DNA of 64,000 bases from NCBI RefSeq assembly GCF_006345805.1, contig NC_042997.1, positions 54,498,001-54,562,000 on the forward strand, read 5' to 3'. Shown in pieces: positions 25,201-38,501 of this stretch (positions are counted from its first letter, which is position 1; each line of letters opens with the position of its first letter). Both the position numbers and the translations under genes were made by a program. A model generated the notes under the pieces. It did no database searches and was not told where the DNA came from. It worked only from the letters and a program-made list of their open reading frames with translations. This stretch comes from Octopus sinensis (Eukaryota).

Positions 25201-26367
25201 AACAGAATTTAAATAATTTTAGATTTGGTTAAGAACCTTTAGTTAAATTGTGTTCCAAACATCACATTAAATAAAAAAAAAGTTGTTTTATGAAACCAGT
25301 CTAAATTCATGATTATTATAAAATTTAACTGAAATGCATAAGGAATGTATTTTGGTTAGAAGTATAGAATTAAGTTAGAAGTAAGAATTAAGAGTACTGG
25401 GATTACAACTTTTAGTATTATTATTTTTATTATTCAGTTACCACAAAGGGTGTAAATATTCTGATCAGATATTTATACAGTGTCTAGTTAATATTTTTTT
25501 CTTTCTAAATTCAAATTCCACCACTGCTAGGATTTGATTTGATTTGATTATATTCATGTTTGTACATAAAAAAAAACACCCTGCTCACAGAATTATTTTG
25601 CTAGAGCAGGGCAACTAACTAGTCAGTGACATATAGCAAAAGGCAAACACCTTAAAGTTAAGTTTCAAATCCTACTTGAAGCAATATTATTCCATTTAAG
25701 GTGTGAATACAAAAGGAATTTTGGCCACAAAATTTCTTTATTCTCCTCTCTCCCATAAATTAGTGAGTTTTATGACTCATTTCCTTTTACAACCCCATAC
25801 ATCTGAATAACACAAACATCCTACTTAGGTTCTTGAGGTAAATAATGCACCTCATAAATAAATACTTCTTAATGCTTGAATTTTATCAAGACAACAAAAT
25901 TCTCAGCAATATTTACAGACTAAATACTGTAGAAGTAATCGCATACTTGAAAATATAATGATAGTGTCATCATGCCTCATGAAAGTTTAGGATTTGCTTG
26001 TTAAATTATCATTCAATAATGAATAATTTTAAAATAATATAGTATTTTTGAGTAAAATGTAATGCACACAAATAGTGAAAGAAAGTAAAAGAGAAGCTGT
26101 ATAAAATATGAATACATGCAACAAAGAATTAAAATATTAACAGCAAAGAAACAAAATATTTGCTTCTTCCTGGTATTATTTATAGTGTAACATTGACCAC
26201 TCCATTTGCTTACATAATTTCTTTCCCTTTGATTACAGTATACTATTGTTGACGTCAGAAATATAAATGCCTGTATCATCTATCGTAAAATCCCTGTATT
26301 TAAGAGATGAGGAATTATGTACATTATTTATATTTGATGGATATTTGTCCTCATCTTGTTTGTTGTT

Positions 26368-26413
26368 AGCACAATGTTTCGCCTGATATACCCTCCAGCC
26401 TTCATCAGACGTC
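26368..26413 (-). ncRNA. Minimal hammerhead ribozyme motif, degenerate copy A
   Basis: GACGT-CTGATGA-A-GGCTG GAGGGTATAT CAGGC-GAAAC-ATTGTGCT: core boxes intact, stems mismatched. Confidence 0.55.
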
Positions 26414-27742
26414 TTGGGGAAATTTCGAACCTGGGTTCTCATTCTTAAGGTATTTTTCAATGTTGTCATTATTATTATTATTATTATTCAGGTCACTGGT
26501 GAAGCACTATCGGTGATTCAAGAAAAACTAGTGACAGACACCCATCTAAAAGAATGTACTAGTATACCAATAAGAAACTTGATGGAATGTTGACTTTCTG
26601 TGTAGAAACCACCCTATTTCAGAATGGACACTGATATATATCGACAAGAAGAGGGTTTAGCTATGGGTTCGCCATTATCACCAATAAATACATGGAATAC
26701 TTTGAGAATTTGGCTTTAGGATCAACACCACTAAAACCAACCCTATGGCTGCGATATGATGATGACCCCTCTATTCTCTGGCCCCACCAGGAAGATGTCC
26801 AAATGCTGTTAGATCATGTGAACTCAATAAAGCCATCCATACAGTTCACAATGGAAAAGGAAAAAAGACAATCAGCTAGCATTCCTGGACGTATTAATAA
26901 CATGCACCAAGTATGGATTCAAGACATCTGTATACCGCAAGACGACCTTCACTCAACAATACCTTAATTTCAATTCCCATCCACACAGTGTAAAGAGAGG
27001 AATTGCTCAGTGCCTAAAACATCGAGCAAAGAATATAAGTAGTGATCGTGATATCCACCACAAAGAAATAACCAAGCTCAATAACAATCTATTGAGCGAC
27101 AACTACCCCAGTTATGAAGAAAAGAGAGGACGAAACCAATAAACTGTCTACCCGATGTAAAAGGCTTCTCCGAAAAAGATATGTGGCCCATATGACATCT
27201 GAGTAATACAACACTTTGCAAATATCTCCTTTGGGTAAAACCACCAATAGAAGAGAATATGGACCAAAAACTGCGTGTACTCCCATGCAGCTGTGGTAGG
27301 TTATATAAAGGCGAAACATGCCGCCCCCTCGAAATAAGGGTAGACGAACATCACAAAGCTGTAACATGAGGAGATATTGATAAATCGGGTATAACTGATC
27401 ATGTATATTATTTTAACTTCATCCTCCTGTGGGATGAAGTTAAAATAATAGACATAGAACCACTGGAAAATACGGAAACTAAAAGAAGCAGCACATATGC
27501 TGGACACAACAACCTCCTAAACGGACTGAGTGCAGATATGAATAGCATATAGGAACTGGTAATGAAGGATAGGAAAATATTAGATTTATAAGCCCTAAAA
27601 TTCAAGGGTATATAGTGTAGTGGTTAAGAGCACAGACTACCAGCCCCAAGATTCTGAGTTCAATTCCAGGCAGTGACCTGAATAATAACAGCAACATCGA
27701 AAATACCTAAAGAATGAGAACCCAGGTTCAAAATTTCCCCAA

Positions 27743-27785
27743 GACACCTGATGAAGGCTGGAGGTTATATCAGCCAAAACGTGTT
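27743..27785 (+). ncRNA. Minimal hammerhead ribozyme motif, degenerate copy B
   Basis: GACAC-CTGATGA-A-GGCTG GAGGTTATAT CAGCC-AAAAC-GTGTT: stems I and II intact, G12 changed to A, cleavage triplet missing. Confidence 0.55.
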
Positions 27786-28019
27786 AACAACAAACAAGAT
27801 GAGAACAAATATCTGTCAAATGTAAATAATGATTTATTTCAGTATTTTCATTATCCTGAGAAAGGAAACTATAAAATGCTTTTTGAGACAAGATGGTGAG
27901 TTATACAGTACACCTCATTTGCACAGGGTAAAAAAAACAAACAACCCCCTCAAATTACAGTTAAGGAAGAAGTCTACATGACAATAAGAATACTTTTCTG
28001 TTAATATTTCTATCTGATT

Positions 28020-28520
28020 TCAGGTGGTGAGATGGCAGAGAAAATGCTTAGCAGCATTTCTTGACTTTACGTTCTGAGTTCAAATGCCACCAGGGTTGGC
28101 TTTGCCTTTTATTTTTCCTGGTTGATAAAATAAGTACCAGGTATGGGATCAATGCAATTGACTTACCCCTTCCCCTGAAATTGCCAACCTTGTGCCAAAA
28201 TTTGAAAGCAATATTTCTATTTGATTTATTCTTTTTCTTAAATGTGCCAGTGGCACATAAAAATCACCATTCAAGTGGGGCCAGTGCCAGTGACACGTAA
28301 AAAGTACCATTTGAGTGTGGTTGATGTTAGTGCCTTCTGACTGGCCCCTTTGCCGGTGGCACGTAAAAAGCACCCACTAAAGTCTTGGAGTAGTTGGTGT
28401 TAGGAAGAGCATCCAGATCAGATTGGAGCCTGGTGCAGCCTCCTGGCTTGCCAGTCCTCAGTGAAACCATCCAAACCATGCCAGCATGGAAAGAGGACGT
28501 TAAACAATGATGATGATGAT
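28020..28520 (+). mobile_element. SINE followed by RTE-type tail repeat
   Basis: GGTGGTGAGATGGCAGA...CTGAGTTCAAATGCCACC, then GCCAGTGACACGTAAAAAG modules and GGAAGAGCATCCAG...GACGTTAAACAATGATGATGAT. Confidence 0.75.
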
Positions 28521-29416
28521 TGTGTATTTCATCCTTATTTTTTGCTAACATGGATTGGATGGTTGCAAAAATTTGTATTTTTAGAGAAATTGTTGTAACT
28601 AATTTCTGTCAGCTGGGTATTTTTCCCAGTACTAACTAAATAGTCAATAAAAGGGAGGGCAGAGTACTAAGGGTTTTTTTTTACAAGAAAGCAATGGACA
28701 AGCAATGTATATTACCAATATACAATATTTGTACATGATCCCACTCAGTAACAATTACATTAAACCAATAGAGTAGTAATTAGTTGTAAAAATAACAAAT
28801 GAGATGGAAAACTTCCAAATAGACTTATTCATTTTATAAGTAAAATAAAATTCCATATTGGCAAATTGTGCTAAGGTAGAGCAAGTTTACTAAAATATTA
28901 AACGTATAGTTTTGATTCATTTAATTTTTATACTTTACATCAGCAATTACCATTACTATCTCCCCTAGTTGCAATAGAAGCAAAACAGCATTTTGAACTT
29001 GTTCCCTCTGCTCTACTATATTTTTACTACAACTACCTACAGTGCTAGATCCTCAGTAAACCTTCCCTCATTGAACATCTATCACATGAGAAGTTCTAGT
29101 TATCCGTCAGCTTACTAGAGATCCCACATTTTTGGTGTACCCACTGCTTGCACTGACTGCATTGTATCGAATTTTTACCAATTCACTTCCTACTTTTCAA
29201 GGTGATTTCCCAAACAGAACTGATGTTGTGCTGTTGCTCCCCCACCTCTCTCTCTCACTCACAAACACACATGAACATTTATTTCTAACAGTAATTCATT
29301 CTTACTTATAATGCCACTATGCCAAGGATTAATTGACATATAAACACAACAAATTTGGGAAATAATTCAGAAACTATTTTGATAAGAAACATGCAAAATA
29401 ACACAGCTGTACTTAC

Positions 29417-29559
29417 CATGTTTGTACATGCCGTCGCTAACATCATATATTTAGGGTTGAACTGGACACATTGAACTGGACCTGGATGGTCAGCACTGAG
29501 CATGGCAATTTTGTTGCCTGTTTCTGTGCTCCAACAATAGATTTTACCATCGGTAGATC
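29417..29559 (-). CDS. WDR82: WDR82 coding exon 8 (143 nt)
   Basis: TAG|..(G)STDGKIYCWSTETGNKIAMLSADHPGPVQCVQFNPKYMMLATACTNM|GTAAGT. Confidence 0.95.
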
Positions 29560-30014
29560 CTAAAAATAAATTGGAAAAGAAAAAAGAAAATGGATATTTT
29601 ACAACAAAATATTTTTAAAATAAATTTACAAGTAGGGTTTAAAATATACTAAAATGAATTGATTTCTTTTACAATATTTTGAAAACCAAAAAGGCTAAAG
29701 CAACAATATAAGCAATTCATTAAAAATACTTTAGATCTAAATTTTATTAATTTTGTAGAACCATTAATAATAAAAAGATAATTAACAAATAGCATTTCTA
29801 ACAAGTATCATTTCTCTACAAGTAAATGCATTTATTGAGACATCTAATTATGGCATATAATCCTTTTTACATCCATGTAATGATGCTCTAAATATAGAGC
29901 TGATTTTTTAGAATAATTTTCAAATTTTCATTATGTACTCATAAAAGCACATCCCTTCAACATTGCTTTTGACAAAATGTCATAAGCACTGTAGACAGAT
30001 TAGTTGTTACTCAC

Positions 30015-30084
30015 CAGAAAAAACAAACTGAGAATCTGGACTGAAAGAAGCTTCTAATGGGATTCCTTTGTTATTAATGTGTCC
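30015..30084 (-). CDS. WDR82: WDR82 coding exon 7 (70 nt)
   Basis: TAG|GHINNKGIPLEASFSPDSQFVFS(G)|GTGAGT. Confidence 0.95.
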
Positions 30085-30528
30085 CTAAAAAGAAATTTAC
30101 ATACAAATTGCATGAGATATCAATACAATATTTCAATGACTGAATACATTAATATGGTTGGTAGCAATTAGTTAGGATGATCCTTAAAATATATTTTGAT
30201 TCTTTTCAGTAGTATCCTTATTTATCCTACTCTCCTGATTCTTAGAAACCTATGCTTTAGGAAAGTAACAAAGCAAAGTCAAAAGTTATATTAAAATATT
30301 CAAATACAAATAGACAACATAATATATTAAGAAATATAAAAGCATAATCTTTTCAACAGCCTAGTTTTAAAAAATATTCTTGACAACAAAAGTAAAATTC
30401 TATATCAATTATTTTCCTCTAATGACAATACTTAAAGTTAGTATTTTGCTTAGAATATAAAAGGAATTGTTTGCAAGATGTAATAGTTAGAGGAATGGTA
30501 AAAGTACATGAAAAGAGATCACACTTAC

Positions 30529-30684
30529 TGTGAATGTGTGCAAAGGAGTTCCTTGGAAAGCATCTATCAAGCGAATCACTTGAGCATTAGTTGAAATCAG
30601 AATTAATTTACCATCAGGACTAAATTTCATACCAGTCCAATCACAGTCCTTATCCTGATTCAATTTGAATGTTGTAAAGGGACC
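30529..30684 (-). CDS. WDR82: WDR82 coding exon 6 (156 nt)
   Basis: CAG|GPFTTFKLNQDKDCDWTGMKFSPDGKLILISTNAQVIRLIDAFQGTPLHTFT|GTAAGT. Confidence 0.95.
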
Positions 30685-31587
30685 CTGAAAATAATAGAAC
30701 GGCAGAAATATTAATGGCATTTCTTGGTTGTGTTTGTTTACCATAGCTAAGTTCTATCATCATCATCACTGTTTAACACCTGTTTTCCATGCTAGCATGG
30801 GTTGGACGTTTCGACCGGGATCTGGAAGCCAGGAGGCTGCACCAGGCTCCAGTCTGATCTGGCAGTGTTTCTACAGCTGGATGCCCTTCCTAATGCCAAC
30901 GACTCCGTGAGTGTAATGAGTGCTTTCTTTGTGCCACTGGCACGGGAGCCAGAGGAGGCTGCAACGGCCACGATCAGTTGATGCTTTTTACATGCCACCG
31001 GCACGGACGCCAGTCAAGGCGGTACTGACAATGGCCAGGTTCGGATGGTGCTTTTTACGTGCCACTGGCATGAATATCACAACTACAATTTCCATTTGAC
31101 TTTTTTTTTTATGTTGATGTACTTGACTCAACAGGTCTCCTCAAGCACACTCCCAGATTCCTGGGAGTGGCACTTCTTCACACATCTCTCCTCATCCAAC
31201 TACATAAGGGTATGTCTTTTATAACCATGCCCCCACTCCCACTCCCAGCTGAGAGACCTTTATCTTGCAGGTGTCAGTGCCATGTAAAAGCACTCATATT
31301 GGTAGCATGTAAAAAGCACTCAGCACACTGTAAAGTGATAGGCATCAGGAAGGGTATCCAGCTATAGAAACCATGTCAAAACAGACAACTGGAGCATGAA
31401 CAGCTCTCTGGCTGGGCAGCACTAGTCAAACCGTTCAACCCATGCCAGCATGGAAAACAGATGGATGATGATGATATACAGAATTCTTAAGTAATAATTA
31501 CTTGAATTAAAAAAAACAAAAACAATTTATAAAGTTAGTAGTACTTCTAGCACAAACTTGATCAACAAATAATTAAATGTTAATCAC

Positions 31588-31704
31588 CTTATCAAATGAT
31601 CGAAGATCATACAGCTTGACACACTCAGAATTAATGCCAGCAGCAAATATCAAACCTTCAGGATCAAATGCTGCAACAGGCCGACCTGGTAAGTGCATTA
31701 ATCC
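31588..31704 (-). CDS. WDR82: WDR82 coding exon 5 (117 nt)
   Basis: CAG|[39 protein letters not shown]|GTGATT. Confidence 0.95.
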
Positions 31705-31828
31705 CTGAAAAATAATTAAAAATTAATAATTAATTTATCAAATTAAATCAGAGTTGTGAAATTCTAATGGAAATAATAAACAAGACTGAATAAGAAAGAA
31801 AGAAAAACAAAAAATGTGTAAACACTAC

Positions 31829-31928
31829 CTGGCAGTTTTGAGAACGCAGATCCCACAAACGAATCGTTTTATCTAATGAGCCAGAAAGGAACGTGTCGTC
31901 TATTGGAGACATACATAATGTAACTACC
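31829..31928 (-). CDS. WDR82: WDR82 coding exon 4 (100 nt)
   Basis: TAG|[33 protein letters not shown]|GTAGTG. Confidence 0.95.
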
Positions 31929-32094
31929 CTAATACAATAAAAGAAAACCACATATGAGCAATATAGAGAATTTAAAAATGCAATTTTATTGGAAACAAAT
32001 ATTTAGTACTTCTTAAGTATTACATAAATTATTTACTTGAAAATTACTGCAATAACATTTATAACTAATTAAAAATTTCCTCATTATAATTTAA

Positions 32095-32311
32095 CCAATT
32101 AGTATTCAGATTACTCTGTCAAATCTAATGCTTATTTATTCACATTGTCTTGAATTAATCATACATTATCTCATAGCTTTGAAATTTCAATGCTGTGATT
32201 GTTCATTTTTACTATGACACTGTAAAATTGTGAAATGTTGGATCTGGCCAGTTTGAACATAAAAGAAGCAAAATATTTTGGCCAGATATGGTCAGTTTGA
32301 ATGCTAATGGG
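32095..32311. mobile_element. piggyBac-like MITE (second copy)
   Basis: TTAA|CCAATTAG...CTAATGGG|TTAA, internally homologous to 17544-17762. Confidence 0.8.
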
Positions 32312-32382
32312 TTAAACTACCTTAAATAGTTACTATCATTAAACAAATTAAATATAACTTCAAAATTTAAGTGTTTACTTAC

Positions 32383-32449
32383 TTTTTTGAATGTCCAGGA
32401 AAATATCTGATGTACTTATTATCATGGAGTGATAAGTATCTGATTGTAT
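32383..32449 (-). CDS. WDR82: WDR82 coding exon 3 (67 nt)
   Basis: CAG|(D)[21 protein letters not shown]|GTAAGT. Confidence 0.95.
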
Positions 32450-34509
32450 CTGAAGAAGAAAAACTGGTATTTAGATAAATAATTCTACACACTGACACAT
32501 CAGTCACATGAAATCAATAAGATCTTATTGTTAAAAAACTAAATTAAATTTTAAACAGTTGTCAAACTAGGACCAACATGTCAAATAACCTGACTACTTC
32601 TAAGCACCTGTCTATGGTAAATTGGTGGAGTTAACCACAATCTAAGAATCCAGAAACCAGTCTTTCCATTTGAAAACTTGATTATTCTTCCAAAATTAAT
32701 GTGTATTTTCATCATAAAATGTACTATCTTTTACTTGCTTCAATCATTGGATTGCAGCCATGTTAGGGAACCATTTTGAAAGGTTTAGGTGAACAAATTA
32801 ACCAGAGTTCTTATTTTATTATTAAGCTTGGTACTTACTCTATCAGTCTGTTTTTGCAGAACTGCTACATTATGAGACATAAACAAACCAATACTAGATA
32901 TCTTCAATACCTGCTCTTTTTCTCTCATATTGACCTTGTACCTTGAGGGTGTGCCCTCCCCTCTTTCCAACTGAGGAAGACATGTATTCAACCTCTCAGA
33001 AAGACACCTGTTCCTGTCTCTATTATACTTTCACATCTTTCAATACTATACCACACTCAGTTGAAGGATATTGTCTTGTGAGCAGTTGGTGACTTCATAG
33101 CTGGTGCTATGAAAAATGCACCCAGTACACACTGTAAAAGTAGTTGACATTAAGAAGGGCATCCAGCTGTAGAAACCATACCAAAGCAGACATTTGAGCT
33201 CAATGCAGCCCTCTGGATCATTAGTTCCTGTTGAACCATCTGATATGTCAGCATGGAAAAAGGGATGATAAATAATGATGATAATAGAATTCCACAGTTT
33301 CTGTCTATTAAAGCTACTCACAAGGACTTGATCAGCCTCGGGTTATAGTAGAAGACACTTGCCCAAGGTGCCACATGATGGGACTGATCCTAAAACCACG
33401 TGATTGCAAAGTGAGCTTCTTAACCATAGAAAAAAAAGTTTGAGTTTTCCTCAAGGATCTCGCTTCAGCTCTCTTTAGATATACTGTTAGAGTTAAAATA
33501 CGATTCAAAAGAGGCAATAATTAATAATTCAAGTTTTATGAGTAGATTCCTAGCTTGTGCAGTTAAGTCCACATGCCATTATTTGTCTTGAGAACAAAAC
33601 ATGTTCAGAAATTGCCTACCAACTGTGAGGCAGCAATTAAAAGTAATCTCAATCTGCTTCTCAAGAAACAACTTTTTAACTAAATTTTTATAATATATAT
33701 TTATCTAGTTATCCTTTTTATTATTTACTTTTTCTCACCTCTGTTTACAAAACAACATAAGTGTTGTGTGTCTGTATTGCTACTGTTATTGACACTGTAT
33801 TTTGAGTGTTGATGTGATAGCATCATGGAAGTTAAACTCTTTTGGAACAAGCCAATTGCAATAGCATTTAGTGGTGCAACCTCTCATGAGTAATACAAGC
33901 ATGAACCTATAGTATATAGAGTGGAGTTTCTCAGACTTGATGTTACACTTTTGAGTTCAAAAGAAAAATGAAAATTATCGCAATATAGAATCAGCCCAGT
34001 TGCAGAAATTGCCAGATGATGAGGCATGAGTGTTGAAGTACAAGTGTGTATTTATATTTAAGGAACTACACCCTTAAATTTATACTATGATTCTATGCTC
34101 ATCATCTAGATGGATACTGGCAATACCAAGTGAACATGCAATTGTCACTATTTGAAAGCATGCTATGTATTTAGAGGTATAATTAGTAAAGTATAAACAC
34201 ACATACTAGAAGTTACTTCTCAGTTAGCACATACTGAACAATCACTTTAATATTCTCATATAAAACTGTAAATATGCACACACACCTTTTCATTTTTTTA
34301 CTTTGTATCATCTGATCTCAGATGATACAACTCACCTTATAAAATTTCCTTTATTCACATGTGAACTGCTTAAAACCCCAAGTAGTATCTCTTAACTAAC
34401 TCATAGCATGACACTCATATGCTATCCATTTAGATTACTAGCTCACACTGCCACAACCATTCCAGTTAAATATATTGATATTTTTTATACACAGGTGCCA
34501 TTTGAATCA

Positions 34510-34930
34510 CTTTTAGCAAATCCGTTTTTGTGTGCGGCAGATGCACAGGGGCACTAAACACCACAGATGCTCAGAAAACAGATCCCATAACATGCCAGTG
34601 GGAAAATATAGAAGTAGTTGATAGCTTCCACTACCTAGGTGACCAAGTCTGTAGAGGGGATGGGTGGGGGGTGGATGCTCAGAGAGCATTACCACTAGAA
34701 TAAGAATAGCCTACTGGTGACAAAGGGTCTCTTGCTCAGAGTGAAAGGTAGATTGTGTGATGCATGTGTATGAACTGCCATGCTTCATGGCAGTGAAACA
34801 TGGGCCGTGACTGCTGAAGACATACATAGGCTCTAAAGAAATGAAGCTAGCATGATCCGCTGGATGTGTAATGTCAGTGTGCACACACAACAGAGTGTAA
34901 GTGCCCTGAGAGAAATGTTGGGCATAAGAA
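34510..34930 (+). mobile_element. RTE LINE fragment (RT C-terminal part)
   Basis: IEVVDSFHYLGDQV; KGLLLRVKGRLCDACV.TAMLHGSETWAVTAED remnants. Confidence 0.8.
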
Positions 34931-35029
34931 GTTGATTCACATATGACTTTTCGTTTAAAAAAATTGTTTCGTCTCTGAGAATTCAATAATTAATTAGATT
35001 AATCTAATATATATACACCATCATTATCA

Positions 35030-35670
35030 TTTTATGTCTAATCTCCAGTATGGTGTATCATACTTGCTGTGATCCCTTGTCATCTTTGTGATGTTGAAAA
35101 ACCCCAAGATCATCCCTCACAACTTCTTTCCACGAGTTCTACAGGCTTTGTACACTTGGATTGCTTAATCTTTAATCATTGCTTCTTTATGTTTGCTTTT
35201 CAATAGTGGGTTGCTTTGTTGTACTACTTTACAGTCTCTCCAATTGTTACAGTCCCTTGTCAATGTCTTTGTGAGACCTATTATTCTGTGATTAAATATC
35301 AAAACTTCTTCCTACATCTACCTTTCTGCAGGTTCCGTTCATTTGGATCACAAGACTCTTTTTCATATATTTGTTCTCTTTCAAATGCATCACATATCCA
35401 AGTCTGAGAAAGCTTCTCTTTTCTACACTATGAATCCTCTGCCCTATTTCTTACAGCTCACATATATTGTCATTCCACCGGATATCACACATTCAGTAGA
35501 GCATCTAATTTCTTTCGAGCCACACACACAGCATTATGCACCATCATATTTTGTACACAAGCATCATACTTTCTGCTCTACACTTGGAGAGAGAAGCCTT
35601 TTATTATCAAGAGGTAATAGTTCCCTGAACTTTTTTTTACCCACCCCTACTTTGGATATTATGTTTTCAT
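35030..35670 (-). mobile_element. Old RTE LINE 3' fragment
   Basis: KKFRELLPL remnant and downstream degraded thumb-region and 3' sequence homologous to the other RTE copies. Confidence 0.6.
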
Positions 35671-36024
35671 GACAAACTGTTGAAGTAGTCAGGGAGTGAC
35701 TAGGGTTTGCTAGTTTCAGGGTACCTCTATAAAAAGAAAAACCAACTATAAAAATGATAAACCTGCCACTAGCAAAGCACAAACCCCATTGCAACTGATG
35801 ACTGCAACTACAATCACTTATCAAGGTGATAAACTATGATGGTCTTGGCTAAATATATTTAAGAACTTTGTTGCTTCAAATGAACTGTAGAAAACATTCA
35901 TAATAAATACAAATAATAAAAAAATCTTGATTAAAAAAAACTAGCACAATCATGTTTTAAGTAGAACATGTTTAGAAAAAAAGCTACCCCCCACCGTCAC
36001 CCATATGTGTGTATATATAAAATA

Positions 36025-36210
36025 CAGTGTACATTTAAACACATTAAGAGGTTTCCATCATAGGACTCCCTTACACTAGAAAGAACAGCTGAAGTCCAAA
36101 CCACTAATTAGGGATAAATTCTCGAAGAGAATGAAAAATAAAAACATTTACCATCTAAGTGTAAGGGAGTCCTATGATGGATACCTCTTAATATGTTGAA
36201 ACGTACACTG
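36025..36210. mobile_element. Tc1/mariner-type MITE with ~55-bp TIRs
   Basis: TA|CAGTGTAC..TTAAGAGGTTTCCATCATAGGACTCCCTTACACT ... AGTGTAAGGGAGTCCTATGATGGATACCTCTTAA..GTACACTG|CA. Confidence 0.8.
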
Positions 36211-36312
36211 CATTTTATATGAATAATATATAGTCTATTGACTAATTTTTCTATATGTTAGGCCACTGATAGTAAAAATTTTTATAATCTTTATTACCCT
36301 GATATCATTAAT

Positions 36313-36353
<41 letters not shown>

Positions 36354-37796
36354 ATTTATAACTTTGGTACAAATCTAGACATCTGTAGGAAGGAGATATA
36401 GATGAATGTTGAATTCAAGCCCAGCCATATTTGAACACAGAACATAAATACCACAAAAAATTTAGTCAACCACTCAAACATATAAAACTTTTGTAACAGA
36501 AAATACAGCTAAATGAATAGCAGACATCTTTTATCTTTTATTTGTTTCAGTCATTAGACTGTGGTCATGCAGGGGCACTGCCCCAAGAATTTTTAGTTGA
36601 ATGAATCAACCCCAGTACTTTATTTTTTTAAACCTCTACTTATTCTATCAGTCATTTTTGCTGAATTACTAAGCTACGGGGACATAAACACACCAACAAC
36701 AGTTGGGGACAAACACAGACATACATATATACAATGAGCGTCCTTCAGTTACTGTCAACCAAATCCACTCACAAGGCTTTAGTTGGCTTGAGATTATACA
36801 ACAAGACATTTGCCCAAGGTGTCTCACAGAAAGACTGAACCTGGAACCATATGGTTAGGAAGTAGACTTCTTACCACATGGGCAGATAGAGAAAAACAAA
36901 ATTAGGCGTTTAAATTGTAGCAAAAGTATACCTTAAATCTGCTTTCAGCAAAATGAGATTCTATCATATATTGTAGAAATTCCTAATATAGTTAAGCATA
37001 TTTACCTGGTAAAGGATTTCTAATTGCAGTGAATTTCATGAGATGAACTGTAATACAAAACAGCCTTCTAAGCCCTTAGACTTATAAAATGCACCCACAA
37101 CCTATTCGCAGTTATGGCTAGGTAATGTGGCTTGGCCTTAAACACAACACATTACCCTTCAAACAATTATCTAACACACTACCAACATAGCAGCTGGCTA
37201 CAGCTTCCTTTCTTGGGTGAGTTAATTTTTCTCGTCAGGATTTTATGTTCTAAAACAACTATTGCAAGGAAATATTCTACTGGATAATTATTTGTAAAAA
37301 CTTTGTTTCCATTTACTTAAATCAGACAAACTTGAAGCACCATTAACAAGAGCATTCCTCAAATTATATTGTAAATTCATTTAGCCTATAAAAAGCAAAC
37401 TGAGAACTTAATTAAAAGTGCTGGTCATTGTGAAATTTTGAAGAGCTACTTTAAATTAAATGCATCTGAAGACCACACAGTCGTCATCGTTTAACATCAA
37501 GAAAAAAAAAAAAAATTGAAACAGAATTTTAATAATTTTAAATAGATAAGTCAGCCTCATTCCAAATAGTAGCAAGGTGCTTATGCCACTACGTCCTCCA
37601 GTTGAACCTAAACAACATAAATTCATACTAAAACACCTGCCTGGTGTATTGTTTCCCTGGACAAAGTTGTCAGCTATACCTAATAAATTCCAAAGAAACA
37701 AAAAAGTCACATACCACTTGCTATGACTAACATGACAGGCCTCTACATGGCCACTGTACAAGCCAGAAATATAAATCAAATCTCTCTCATCATATT

Positions 37797-38179
37797 ATGG
37801 GGAAGCACTCCATCGGTTACGACGAGGGTTCCGGTTGATCCGATCAATGGAACAGCCTGTTCGTGAAATTAACATGTAAGTGGCTGAGCACTCCACAGAC
37901 ACATGTACCCTTAACGTAGTTATCAGGGATATTCAGCGTGACACAGAGAGTGACATGGCCGGCCCTTTGAAATACAGGTACAACAGAAACAGGAAGTAAG
38001 AGTGAGAGAAAGTTGTGGTGAAAGAGTACAGCAGGGATCACCACCATCCCTGCCGGAGCCTCGTGGAGCTTTAGGTGTTTTCGCTCAATAAACACTCACA
38101 ACGCCCGGTCTGGGAATCGAAACCGCGATCCTACGACCTCGAGTCCGCTGCCCTAACCACTGGGCCATTGCGCCTCCAC
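37797..38179 (-). mobile_element. Near full-length, young-looking tRNA-derived SINE
   Basis: GTGGAGGCGCAATGGCCCAGTGGTTAGGGC (A box)...GGTTTCGATTCCC (B box). CpGs retained. Confidence 0.85.
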
Positions 38180-38501
38180 ACCATCATAAAATATAAAGAC
38201 AATGGATAATATGGTCTTAGACACACTACACCAAAAGACAGGGTTGTAATGGCAGGTATGTTTTTGATCATAACCCTGCTAACATGAGGGAAGCTAAACA
38301 ACACCAAAAGTACAATTTCTGATTAAACATGAACAGATTAATGAACAAAGCAAACTGACAATATATTTCACTACAGCTCGACAACCAGCATAGATCACAA
38401 GAATTGGTATCGTGCTCCTCCCTGTTACTGAGAGAATCCTGGTACCTTTCTTTCCTTCCACTTAGCTCTTCATGTATCTATGTACCAGAGTGTATATAGA
38501 G

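Larger units (their letters stand above)
26294..27831 (+). mobile_element. 5'-truncated Penelope/Poseidon-like element flanked by inverted terminal repeats (pLTRs)
   Basis: RT remnants YRQEEGLAMGSPLSP, LWLRYDDD..WPH, SIQFTMEKE and GIY-YIG remnants (PCSCGRLYKGETCRPLEIRVDEH) in 26500-27590. 26294-26498 is the reverse complement of the 3' repeat 27671-27831. Confidence 0.9.
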
